The notes under the pieces were generated by a model. It searched no databases and was not told the origin of the DNA. It saw nothing but the letters and a program-made list of their open reading frames with translations. From positions 1,664,001 to 1,728,000 of the forward strand of contig OZ241883.1 of assembly GCA_965203445.1 (NCBI GenBank): 64,000 nucleotides of DNA. Reading direction: 5' to 3'. Shown here piece after piece: positions 8,208-18,000 of the stretch (position 1 is its first letter; every line of letters starts with the position of its first letter). Made by a program: the position numbers and the translations under genes. Source of the stretch: Candidatus Oxydemutator sp. (GTDB lineage: Bacteria; Pseudomonadota; Gammaproteobacteria; Poriferisulfidales; Oxydemutatoraceae).

Positions 8208-10711
8208 CGCCCCGGTGCCTCGGCGGCAGCCTTGCCGAGCGGCTTGAACAGCAGCAGCAGCGACGGCAGCAGCGTCAGCGACGCCACCAGCGCCGCGGCC
8301 ATGGCCAGCCCGATCAGCAGGCCGAAGCGGATGGTCGGAATGAAATTCGACAGCGCCAGGATCGAGAAGCCGAAGATGATCGTGATCGAGGTGTAGTACA
8401 TCGCCTTGCCGATGCTGCCGTGGCAGCGCTCGACCGCGGCGCAATAATCGCGGTCCTTCGGGAACTCGCGCTGGAAGCGGATTACGTAGTGGATCGTGTT
8501 GTCGACCGCGATGCCGATGCTGATCGCGGCTATCGTGATCGTCATCATGTCGAGCGGGATGCCGCGCCAGCCCATGAAGCCGAGCACCAGGGCCGCCGCC
8601 AGCGCGTTCGGAAAGATCGCGATCAGCGCCAGCGGCAGCGAGCGGAACAACACGATGAACATCAGCAGGATCGCCAAAAACACCGTGCCCATGGTCAGGA
8701 TCTGCGACGCATAGAGGCTTTGCAGCATGTTGTTGTAGAGCACCAACATGCCGCTCAGGCGGAAGCGATCCTCGTCGTAGCCCAGGTCCTCAAGCCCGGC
8801 GCGCACGCGCTCGAGAAATTCCTTGCGGCTCAGATCCTTGTTCGAGTCTATGATGCGCGCGTTGAAGCGCAATTCGTTGCCGTCCTCGGAGATGTACGGC
8901 GTGTACAGCACGCTCCTGACGTCGTCGGGCAGCAGCCTGCCGATCAGCGCCGCCTCGAAGTCGTCCAGCGGGCGTCCGTCTTGCAGCGTCTGGGCGATAC
9001 GCGCAAGCGTCGCCAGCGACAGCACCTTGCCGGTCTCGGCCTGCGCCTCCAGGTAGTCGTGCACGCGCGCGGCCTCCTCGAGTTTGCGCGGGTTCAGCCA
9101 GTAGTTTGCGGTCTCGCCGCGGTCGTCGTCGAAGTATCCGCCGAGCGCGAAGTCGTCTTCGCCCGCGTCGGTCGCGGGTGCCGCGGCGGGCGCCGCGTCG
9201 GCCTTCAAAATCACGTCGAACGGCGTCGTGCCGCCCAACTTGCGGTCTATCAGCAGCATGCCGCGGTGGATTTCGGTGTCGCTGCGGAAGTAGTCTATGA
9301 AGCGGTTCTCGACCTCGAGGCGGCTGATGCCGAAGGCGCTTGCGAGCGCCGCCGCCAGCCCGAGCACGGCGATCGCGCGGTAGCGGCGCCGCGACAGGCG
9401 CGCGAGGGCGCCGGTCAGGCGCGTCGTGAAGTCGTTTTCCCGGCGGTCGCGGCGCGGTTTCAGCACCATCAGGAAGCTCGGAAACAGCGTGAAGATCAGC
9501 ACGAAGGCGAACACCACGCCGAGCGTCATCAGGTAGCCGAAGTCTATCACCGGGCGTATGCCGCTGGTGATCAGCGATACGAAGGCGACGATGGTCGTGA
9601 GCGAGGTATACACGCACGGGCGGAACATGAAACGCACGGTCTCGCGCAGCAGGCGGCGTTGATCGTCGCCGGCGCGCGCCGCCTGCAACTCGCGCAGGCG
9701 CACCGTCAGGTGTATGGTCATGGACATCGCGATGATCAGGATCAGCGCGACGTAGTTCGACGAGATCACCGTCGCGCGCCAGTCGAGCAGGCCGAGCAGG
9801 CCGGTCAGGGCCAGCGCCGACAGCCCGCAGCACAGCAGCGGCAGCGCGACCCAGCGCGGGCTGCGGAAGATCACCGCCAGCGTCAGCACCAGGAACGCGA
9901 GCACCGCGGCGCCGAACGTGACGAGGTCGTTCTCGATCATCGCGATCATGTCGGCGATGATCATCGGCACGCCGCCGAGCGCCAGTTGCGCCGCCGCGCG
10001 CGCGCGGTGGTCGTCCAGGACCGCGCGGATGCGCGCGATGGTCGCGCGCCCGGCCTGCACGTGCCCGGCCTGGCGTTGCTTGAAGCGCCGCGATACTTCG
10101 TCGAGCCGCCGCGCGCCCGCGTCCTCGAGGCGGCCGTCGCGCTCGAGCAGGCGCAGGTGCTCGCGCTCGGTCAGCAGCTCCTCGAGTTCGGCGTCGGTCT
10201 CGAGATAGGCGAGCATCATCGTTGTGCCGCCGTCCTCGCTCAGCAGCAAATTGCGGTAGAGCGGGCTGTTTTGCAGTTCGCGCCGCGCCAGCGCCGGATC
10301 CACGCCGGGCGTGCGCAGCGTGCGCGCCTCGCGCGACAATTCGGACGGGCGCACGCGCGGGCTCTCGAGCAGCGGCACGTCGAGCAGCGACAGCACGCGG
10401 CGCACGCCGGGAACCGAGGCGAGGTGCCGCTGTAGCGCGTCGAGGCGCGCCAGCGTCCGCGGCGCGAACACGTCGGCCGCGGGCGTGTAGGTGACGGCGA
10501 CGAAGTCGTCGCCGCCGTAGCGTCGCGTGATCGAACGGTAGTAGCGCAGATCGTCGTCGTCCTCGAGCAGCAGCGAGTCGGCCGAGGCGTCGAGTTTGAA
10601 GTGCGCGGCCTGCGTCGCCAGCGCCGCGACCAGCACCAGCAACGAGATCAGCACGAGGCGCGGGCGCTCCAGCACCAGGGCCTCGTAGCAGCGCCACAGC
10701 CGGTCGCTCAC
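8204..10711 (-). CDS. MMPL/RND family transporter
   Basis: Two TM bundles separated by large loops, GIAVDNTIHY, GGTTPFDV; GTG start overlaps the stop of the corC-like gene. Confidence 0.85.
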   Translation of the reverse strand: MSDRLWRCYEALVLERPRLVLISLLVLVAALATQAAHFKLDASADSLLLEDDDDLRYYRSITRRYGGDDFVAVTYTPAADVFAPRTLARLDALQRHLASVPGVRRVLSLLDVPLLESPRVRPSELSREARTLRTPGVDPALARRELQNSPLYRNLLLSEDGGTTMMLAYLETDAELEELLTEREHLRLLERDGRLEDAGARRLDEVSRRFKQRQAGHVQAGRATIARIRAVLDDHRARAAAQLALGGVPMIIADMIAMIENDLVTFGAAVLAFLVLTLAVIFRSPRWVALPLLCCGLSALALTGLLGLLDWRATVISSNYVALILIIAMSMTIHLTVRLRELQAARAGDDQRRLLRETVRFMFRPCVYTSLTTIVAFVSLITSGIRPVIDFGYLMTLGVVFAFVLIFTLFPSFLMVLKPRRDRRENDFTTRLTGALARLSRRRYRAIAVLGLAAALASAFGISRLEVENRFIDYFRSDTEIHRGMLLIDRKLGGTTPFDVILKADAAPAAAPATDAGEDDFALGGYFDDDRGETANYWLNPRKLEEAARVHDYLEAQAETGKVLSLATLARIAQTLQDGRPLDDFEAALIGRLLPDDVRSVLYTPYISEDGNELRFNARIIDSNKDLSRKEFLERVRAGLEDLGYDEDRFRLSGMLVLYNNMLQSLYASQILTMGTVFLAILLMFIVLFRSLPLALIAIFPNALAAALVLGFMGWRGIPLDMMTITIAAISIGIAVDNTIHYVIRFQREFPKDRDYCAAVERCHGSIGKAMYYTSITIIFGFSILALSNFIPTIRFGLLIGLAMAAALVASLTLLPSLLLLFKPLGKAAAEAPGR

Positions 10712-11994
10712 GTCGCGTCCGCGGCCGCGCCGGGCGTCTTCAGGCGCGGCGATATGCGCACGATCTTGACCGCGTTGCGGTGGGTCTTGAGCACCTCGAA
10801 CGGGTGGCCGTCTATCAGCGCGCAGGTCGCCGACTGCGGTATCATCTCCAGTTTTTCGAGCACCAGCCCGTTGATCGTCTTCGGGCCGTCCTCGGCCAGG
10901 CGCCACCCCAGCAGCTGGTTCAACTCACGCACGTGGCAGCTGCCGTCCACGATCACGCTGCCGTCGTCGCGGCGCACGATCTCCAGGTCGTAGGCGCCGG
11001 GGTCGTTGGTGAAGTCGCCGACGATCTCCTCGAGCAGGTCCTCCATCGTAACCAGCCCGAGGATGTCGCCGTACTCGTCGACGATCAGCCCGTGGCGGCG
11101 CTTGTGCTTCTTGAAGTTGCGCAGCGCCTCCATCAGCGGCGCGTTCTTCGAGATGAAGTGCGGTTCGCGCGCGGCTTTTTCGAGGGTCTCGACGGTCGCG
11201 CGGCCGTCGTCGTCGGTTTGCAGCAGTTTCTTCAGGTGGACGAAGCCGGTGACGTTGTCTATGCTGCCGCGGTACAACGGCACGCGCGTGTAGGCGACGT
11301 TGGCGAGAGCGTCCTCGATCTCCTCCCATTCGTCGTCGAGGTTGATGCCGACGATCTCGTGGCGCGGGATCATGATGTCCTCGACCGTCTTGTTCTCGAG
11401 GTCGAGTATGCCGATCAGCATGTCCTGGTATTCCTCGGAGATCACGCTGCCCGAGATCGCCAGCGCCGCGCGCAATTCCTCGCGCGTCAGCGAGTGCGCC
11501 GCGCCCATGGTCTGCGGCGCACCGAACGGCCTGAGCAGCGCGTGCGTCAGGCGCGTGCCGAGCAGCACGAACGGGTAGAGCGGCGCGCGCAGCACGTGGT
11601 AGATCGCGCTCGCCGGCAGCGCCAGGCGTTGCGGCCACAGCGCGGCGAAGGTCTTGGGCGTGAGTTCGGCGAAGATCAGCAAAAGCAGCGTCAGCGCCGC
11701 GGTGGCCACGGCGATCCCAAGATCGCCATAGACGCGGTAGCCGATGTACGCGGTCAGCTGTGCGATCAGGATGTTCGTGAAGTTGTTGCCGAGCAGGATC
11801 AGCGTGATCAACTGATCCGGTTTTTCGAGCAGCCTGAGGGTGCGCCTGGCGCCGGCGTGGCCGTGCTTCGCCATGTGCTCCAGGCGGTAGCGGTTGACCG
11901 TCATCAGCGCGGTCTCGGAGCCGGAGAAGAACGCCGACAGCACGAACAGCGTCGCCAGGACGGCGCCGAGCGCGTAGAGCGGAATGCCTTCCAT
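10708..11994 (-). CDS. HlyC/CorC (CNNM + CBS) family transporter, YfjD/CorB-like
   Basis: SAFFSGSETA, ILLGNN, FAELTPK, VDEYGDILGLVTMEDLLEEIVG; next to ypjD. Confidence 0.9.
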   Translation of the reverse strand: MEGIPLYALGAVLATLFVLSAFFSGSETALMTVNRYRLEHMAKHGHAGARRTLRLLEKPDQLITLILLGNNFTNILIAQLTAYIGYRVYGDLGIAVATAALTLLLLIFAELTPKTFAALWPQRLALPASAIYHVLRAPLYPFVLLGTRLTHALLRPFGAPQTMGAAHSLTREELRAALAISGSVISEEYQDMLIGILDLENKTVEDIMIPRHEIVGINLDDEWEEIEDALANVAYTRVPLYRGSIDNVTGFVHLKKLLQTDDDGRATVETLEKAAREPHFISKNAPLMEALRNFKKHKRRHGLIVDEYGDILGLVTMEDLLEEIVGDFTNDPGAYDLEIVRRDDGSVIVDGSCHVRELNQLLGWRLAEDGPKTINGLVLEKLEMIPQSATCALIDGHPFEVLKTHRNAVKIVRISPRLKTPGAAADAT

Positions 11995-12007
11995 CGGGGC
12001 GCGCGCG

Positions 12008-12808
12008 TCAGACGCGCTGCAGAATCAGTTCCAGCGCCATCTTGCTGCCGAAATAGGCGAGTGCCAGCAGCGCGGTGCCGGTCAGCACCAGTCCCAACAC
12101 GGCCCTGCCGCGCCAGCCGAGCAGTCTCCTGCCGATCAACAGCCCGCTGAAGAACACCCACGCCGCCGCCGACAACACCGTCTTGTGCATCAGATGCTGC
12201 GCCAGCAGGTCGTCGTGGTAGAGCCAGCCGCTGACGAGGCTTGCGGTCAGCAGCACGACGCCGATGCCGACCAGGTGAAACAGGAAACTCTCCATCGCGT
12301 CGAGCGACGGCAGGTTCGTCAGCAGCACCGACGGGCGGCTGACCTTGAGGCTACGCCCCTGCAGGTACACCGTGATCGCCTGTACGCCGGCGAGGCTCAG
12401 GAAACTGTAGGCCAGAAACGACAGCAGGATGTGCGCCTGGATGCCGGGCCGCGCGGCGCCGGCGACGAGGACGCGGCTGGTGTCGGTGAGGCTGATCAAC
12501 AGGGACAAGGCCGCGAGCGGCAGCACCACCAGCCCCAGCAGCGCGACCGGCAGCCGCAGGCAACTGACGAGCAGCGTGGCCGCGATCAGCAGCGCCGCGA
12601 GCGACACCGCCTGAAAGAAGGCGAGGTTCAGACCGTGCTCGGTAAGCACCGCCGGCGCCAGGCCGGCGGCATGGCAAACCAGCGCGGCGCCCCAGGCCAG
12701 CAGCGTTTTCCCGTTCGGCTTCGGTGCATCCTGCCACATCCGGCGCCACAGCAGCGACACCGTCAGCAGGTAGAGGAAAACGGCCGACAGGTTGAGGGTC
12801 AGCACCAT
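12008..12808 (-). CDS. ypjD: Inner membrane protein YpjD (CcsA-like cytochrome c assembly family)
   Basis: Multi-TM protein; HILLSFLAY, LPSLDAME, HKTVLS..W, GWRGR, LAYFGSK; adjacent to the yfjD-like gene. Confidence 0.85.
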   Translation of the reverse strand: MVLTLNLSAVFLYLLTVSLLWRRMWQDAPKPNGKTLLAWGAALVCHAAGLAPAVLTEHGLNLAFFQAVSLAALLIAATLLVSCLRLPVALLGLVVLPLAALSLLISLTDTSRVLVAGAARPGIQAHILLSFLAYSFLSLAGVQAITVYLQGRSLKVSRPSVLLTNLPSLDAMESFLFHLVGIGVVLLTASLVSGWLYHDDLLAQHLMHKTVLSAAAWVFFSGLLIGRRLLGWRGRAVLGLVLTGTALLALAYFGSKMALELILQRV

Positions 12809-12931
12809 GAGGGTTGTAGCGCGTTCATCGCTTACCCGGATTATACTCCGCCTTGCCCGGTATTTTCAGCGGTGCGAAAAGTCATCGAACCGCTGCGGCA
12901 GCCCCCTCGTTTCTTCCGTCGCCGCCGTCGC
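12803..12931 (+). repeat. Degenerate direct repeat of about 130 bp, copy 1 (copy 2 at 50451-50580)
   Basis: Collinear shared blocks ttgtagcgcgt, ggatta, ccgcct(t/g)gcccggtattttcagcgg, gcgaaaa, tcgaacc, gtcgccgcc. Confidence 0.8.
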
Positions 12932-12959
12932 CCGCGCCCCGGGCTTTCCCGAAAGGCAA

Positions 12960-12983
12960 GGGAACGCCCCCGCGGGCGTTCCC
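12960..12983. repeat. REP-like hairpin GGGAACGCCC-ccgc-GGGCGTTCCC, copy 1
   Basis: Perfect 10-bp stem with 4-nt loop; five copies in the window. Confidence 0.85.
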
Positions 12984-12994
12984 GAAGCAACGTA

Positions 12995-13882
12995 TCAGCT
13001 GGGAATGTAGCGCAGGTGCTCGACGTCGGCGCGCACCTTCTGGCCGTCGGGCAACAGCACCGCGTAGCCGCATTCGTGCGCCAGGGCGACGGCGTCCTGA
13101 TCCGCGGTCATGCCCGCCACCGCCGGCACCAGCGTCTTGTCGTTGTACTCACATAGAAAACTTCGGAAGTTCGGCAACGTCACGTCGCGCATTTTCTCCA
13201 CGTCTTCGCGCCGCAGCTTGTGCTTGACCTCGATGACCGCGACCATCTCGCCGTTCAGCAGCAGCAGATCGTACTCGGCGTGTTTGCCGTCGGGACGGGC
13301 GGCCCCGACGTTGGAGCGGACATGGCCGAACTCCGCGTCGCCGAGACGCGGCGCCTCGAGCAACGCCTGGTGGTAGAACTCTTCGGCGACGCGGCCCTGG
13401 GTCTGGCCCATGCCTCCTATCTCCTTGCAGACCTCGTGCATGATTCTGGATGCTTCCTTTACTTGTTTCTCGGTTTCCTTTACTTGTTTCTCGGTTTCCT
13501 CGATCTGTTTATCGGTTTTCTCGATCTGTTTATCGGTTTTCTCGATCTGTTTCTCGAGTGATCGTTTGGACTCCTCGGCTTTGGCGTGACGGGCCTCCGC
13601 ACGGGCCTCCGACTCGACGCGCCATTGCTCATACTTGGCGCGCCATTGATCAGACTCGGCACGCCATTGATCAGACTCGGCACGCCATTGCTCATACTTG
13701 GCGCGCCATTGATCAGACTCGGCACGCCATTGATCAGACTCGGCGCGCCATTGATCAGACTCGGCACGCCATTGCTCAGACTTGGCGCGCCATTGATCCC
13801 ACTGGGCGCGCCACGCCGCCGCCTCGGCGTTGCTTCTGGCGATCTGTTCCAGGTGTTCTTGTACTCTGTCGAGTGCGTCCAT
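12995..13882 (-). CDS. Coiled-coil + PD-(D/E)XK nuclease-like protein (DUF3782-like), paralog 1
   Basis: N-terminal heptad repeats; EEF..EYDLLLLNG..VIEVK restriction-endonuclease-fold motif; ATG at 13882. Confidence 0.75.
   Translation of the reverse strand: MDALDRVQEHLEQIARSNAEAAAWRAQWDQWRAKSEQWRAESDQWRAESDQWRAESDQWRAKYEQWRAESDQWRAESDQWRAKYEQWRVESEARAEARHAKAEESKRSLEKQIEKTDKQIEKTDKQIEETEKQVKETEKQVKEASRIMHEVCKEIGGMGQTQGRVAEEFYHQALLEAPRLGDAEFGHVRSNVGAARPDGKHAEYDLLLLNGEMVAVIEVKHKLRREDVEKMRDVTLPNFRSFLCEYNDKTLVPAVAGMTADQDAVALAHECGYAVLLPDGQKVRADVEHLRYIPS
13455..13815 (-). repeat. Two in-frame 21-bp tandem repeat arrays (10 WRAESDQ-type heptads; 5 TDKQIEK-type heptads)
   Basis: gccattgatcagactcggc(a/g)c and tcgatctgtttatcggttttc units in the DNA. 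Confidence 0.9.
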
Positions 13883-14049
13883 AGTCGTTATTATATGGTC
13901 GCGCGTACTGCATGCAACCGGGTGATGCCGAAAATTGGGGGTGAAAATCGCCAAGTCGTTGTCGCGTTCGGCGAATACATCTGACGAACGGTTTTTCCGA
14001 AGTAACGCCTGTTGCCGTCGCCCGGGTCCCGGGCGTCCCCGAGAGGCAA

Positions 14050-14073
14050 GGGAACGCCCCCGCGGGCGTTCCC
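14050..14073. repeat. REP-like hairpin, copy 2
   Basis: Identical to 12960-12983, including flanks aggcaa..gaagcaa. Confidence 0.85.
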
Positions 14074-14095
14074 GAAGCAATGTATCAGTAACGTA

Positions 14096-14815
14096 TCAGC
14101 TGGGAATGTAGCGCAGGTGCCCGATGTCGGCGCGCACCTTCTGGCCGTCGGGCAGCAGCACCGCGTAGCCGCACTCGTGCGCCAGGGCGACGGCGTCCTG
14201 ATCCGCGGTCATGCCCGCCACCGCCGGCACCAGCGTCTTGTTGTTGTGCTCCCATAGAAAACGCCGGAAGTTCGGCAACGTCACGTCGCGCATTCTCTCC
14301 ACGTCTTCGCGCCGCAGCTTGATCTCGATCTCGATGACCGCGACCATCTCGTCGTTCAGCAACAGCAGATCGTACTTGGCGCTTTTGCCGTTGCGATGGG
14401 TGGCCTCGATATTGGCGCGCACCCCGCCGAACTTCACGTCGCCGAGGCGCGGCGCCTTGCAAAACGCCTGGTAATAGAACTCTTCGATGAGGCTGTCCTG
14501 GGTTTGGCCCACGTCTCTCCATTTCCCGAAGATCTCGCGCGCGACCCTGGAGGTTTCCTTTACTTGTTTCTCGGTTTCCTTGATCTGTTTATCGGTTTTC
14601 TCGATCTGTTTCTCGAGTGATCGTTTGGACTCCTCGGCTTTGGCGTGACGGGCCTCCGCACGGGCCTCCGACCCGACGCGCCATTGCTCATACTTGGCGC
14701 GCCATTGATCAGACTCGGCGCGCCATTGATCAGACTCGGCACGCCACGCCGCCGCCTCGGCGTTGCTTCTGGCGATCTGTTCCAGGTGCTCTTGTACTCT
14801 GTCGAGTGCGTCCAC
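14096..14815 (-). CDS. Coiled-coil + PD-(D/E)XK nuclease-like protein, paralog 2 (tandem duplicate, EIE in place of EVK)
   Basis: Near-identical termini to paralog 1 with fewer heptads; GTG start. Confidence 0.72.
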   Translation of the reverse strand: MDALDRVQEHLEQIARSNAEAAAWRAESDQWRAESDQWRAKYEQWRVGSEARAEARHAKAEESKRSLEKQIEKTDKQIKETEKQVKETSRVAREIFGKWRDVGQTQDSLIEEFYYQAFCKAPRLGDVKFGGVRANIEATHRNGKSAKYDLLLLNDEMVAVIEIEIKLRREDVERMRDVTLPNFRRFLWEHNNKTLVPAVAGMTADQDAVALAHECGYAVLLPDGQKVRADIGHLRYIPS

Positions 14816-14882
14816 AGTCGTTATTGTATGCCCGTGCGCACCGCACGCAACCGCCCGCGCCCCTGGTCTTCCCGAGAGGCAA

Positions 14883-14939
14883 GGGAACGCCCCCGCGAGC
14901 CTTCCCGAGAGGTAAGGGAACGCCCCCGCGGGCGTTCCC
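14883..14939. repeat. REP-like hairpin, copies 3 (imperfect) and 4 in tandem
   Basis: gggaacgcccccgcgagccttccc at 14883-14906 and a perfect copy at 14916-14939. Confidence 0.82.
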
Positions 14940-15034
14940 GAATCGGTGTGATATAGTAAGCGTGCCCATTGTCGCTTTGTGGCTGACGCCTCTGACGCCT
15001 GTATAATGCCCCTGTATAAGGCCGACCATTATTT

Positions 15035-18000
15035 TTGATGCTCTACCAGGAGATTAAGCGCACGCGCGCGCGCGCGCGCCGATCAGGATTGCTTGTGTGC
15101 CTCTTCGTCGGGGGGGCGCTCGTCGCCACGCCGTCTTTTGCGCAAACCAGCACGCAGGCGGTCGCAGTGGGTTTTTCTTCCACGGGCTACAGCGTGCGCG
15201 AGGGCGACTCGCTTCCCGTGTGCGTGGCGATTACGTCACCGTCGGACACGGTCACGCTGGCGCGCGAATTTTCGCTGCAGGTGGCAACCAGGCCGGGCAC
15301 CGCCGGCACCAATGACTTCACCAACTTCGGCGATTTCTTCAATCCTGATCCGAAGATCGTCACGTTCGGCGACAGCACGCGCAGCGCCTGTTTCGACCTC
15401 GCGACCACCGAGGACGAAATCGCCGAAGAGACTGAGGAATTGTTTCTCGATCTGACGATGCCGCCTGCGAACGTTGTCATCAACCCGGCCGTGGCCCAGG
15501 TTACGATAGCGGACAACGATCTGGTGACCGTCGGCTTCGAGGCCGCCGAGTTGACCGTGGGCGAGAGTCTGGCCGAGGGCCCTTCGACGGCCACGGTGTG
15601 CGCCCAGGCTTTGAGTCCGCCCGTCATAGAGCGCAACCTCTCGCTGTCGTTGCGCACCACGGACGGCACTACCTCGGGCGCCGCCGACTACACGGCGCCG
15701 ACCACGCCGACGGTGGCCTTGGGTTCCTCCGTGCGCCGCGCGTGTCTGGACTTTCCGATAGTGGACGACGACCTCCGCGAGAGCGATGAATTTTTCACGG
15801 TGGACTTTTCCGGCGCGCCGCTGCCGACAACGGTGGTGCCGGGCGCCGTCTCCGAGGTGCGGGTCACGATAGTGGACGACGACGCCAGTTTCGGTTTTGA
15901 GCAGACCACGCTGACGGTGGCCGAGGGCGCCGCCGCCTCGGCGTGCATCTCGATAGACTCGGCCGAGGCGATTACCGCGACCGTGCGCATCGGCGACGGC
16001 AGCGCGACGTCGCCGGACGACTACACGCCCGGCGCGGTTACCCGCACCCTGGTGCTGCAACCCGACTCGCGCTCGTGCGTCGAAGTGGCCACCGTTGAAG
16101 ACGACGACTACGAATACGGCGGCGAGACTTTCACGCTGTCCTTCGTCGGCGCCCACCGCGCGCTGATCGCCGCCAGCGCCAGCGTGACGGTCGTGGTAGA
16201 CGACGGCCTGCAACCGATCACGATAGGTTCCCAGCAGGAGCTTTACCGCACGGATGAAGACAGCGGCGGCTTTTCCGTCTGCATGGTCGTGACGGATCCG
16301 ATTTCCACCTCCAGCATGCACCGCACCATCTCCCTGCGGGTGTCCACGGTAGAGGGAAGCGCGAGCGAAGGCACCGACTACGTGGCCATCTCGAATCAAG
16401 ACGTCGGGTCGTTCCATCAGATGACCCGCCGTCAATGTTTTGCCATCGAAATTTCGGACGACTCGATTCCGGAGGGAGATGAATCGTTCACCCTGGCCTA
16501 TGCGCTGGCTCCGGGCGTGGACGCGCGCCGCCTGACGATCAACCCGGCCGTCACCCGGGCACAGATCGCCGACAACGACGCCGCCGAGGTCGCCTTTGAG
16601 CACACCGCCCTGTCGGTGAGCGAGGGCGCCGGCGCCGAGGTGTGCGTGATCACGACCGAACCGGCCGACACCGAGCCCCTGGGCGACGCGTCGTACGCCG
16701 GTTTCAACGCCGTCGTCAACTCGGCGCCCGGCAGCGCTTCCGCCGCTGACTTCACCGCCATCAGCGGTCTGTCGGTCGGGCCCTTCAACAACGCCAACCG
16801 CGAGCGTTGTTTTCGCGTCCAGACCACCGACGACGACGTGTTCGAGAACCGCGAGTCGTTCACGTTGTCCCTCGGCCTGCCCGCGGGCCTGGGCAACGTC
16901 TCGGTCAAGGAGAGCGCCGCTGCGGTCGTCGTAACGATAGAGGACAATGAGCTGCTGGCGGCGCACGACGCCGACGGCGACGGCCTGCTCGAGGTGGACA
17001 CCCTCGAAAAACTCAACGCCATCCGTTGGGACACGAACGGCGACGGCGCCGCCGACTCCGCCGACGACACCGCGGCCTACGCCGCCGCTTTTCCCGGTAT
17101 CGCGCTGGCCCAGGGCTGTCCGCCGTCCGGCTGTTTCGGCTATGAGCTGACCGCGGACCTCGATTTCAACACCGGCGCCGCCGCGCGCACCGACGATCTG
17201 TATTACAACGCCAACGAAGGCTGGCTGCCGATAGGTTCGGGCGCCGCCAATTTCGCGGCGACCTTCCGCGGCAACGGCCACACGCTGTCCAATCTGTACA
17301 TCCGCAGAAGCGGCAACACGATAGGATTGTTCGAGGAACTGGCCGCCGGCGGCCGGATCGAGAGCGTAGGCATCGTCGGCGCGAACCTGGAGGCCAGGGT
17401 CATCGGCGCGATAGCCGGCGTCAACCGCGGCACGATAGCGGCCAGTTACGTGCTGAATGCGATGGGTACGGCGTCGGGTTCGCAACCCCGCGACGGCCCC
17501 GTGGTCGGCATCAACCGCGGCACGGTAGTCGCCTGTTACGCCGACCGGGTCATAGACAGCGAAGCTCACGGCGGCCTGATCGCCGCCAATTACGGCATCA
17601 TAAGCGCGAGTTACACGCTGGCCAGAGAAGGCTCCCCCGCCGATACCAACCCCGTGGCGGGCCTATGGCCGGGCGGCGTGATTCAGGCCACCTATTATGA
17701 TCGCAGCGTAAGCGGCGTCTCGCCCAATACCGGTCGCGACAGCGAAGCGCGCACCACGGCCGAGTTGCAGTCGCCGACCGGCTACACCGACCTCTACGCC
17801 GGCTGGAACGTGGACACCGACGGCGACGGCACGCCCGACAACCCGTGGGACTTCGGCACCGCGCTGGAATATCCGGCGTTGCGCTTCGCGCGCTTCACGG
17901 GCGCGGCGTTGCGCCGCGACCTGAGCCGCCAGCGCGACCGCCTGCAAGGTTCGGCACCGCGCCCGCAGCACGACGCCGACGGCGACGGCCTGATAGAAGT

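Noticed and set aside
13455-13815. CRISPR array
   Set aside because: The 21-bp units are contiguous, have no spacers and are in-frame coding repeats.
13220-14550. Diversity-generating retroelement TR/VR pair
   Set aside because: Differences are not restricted to adenines and no reverse transcriptase is present.
12960-14939. Integron attC cassette array
   Set aside because: The hairpins are short perfect stems without recognisable R/L boxes or extrahelical bases, and there is no integrase.
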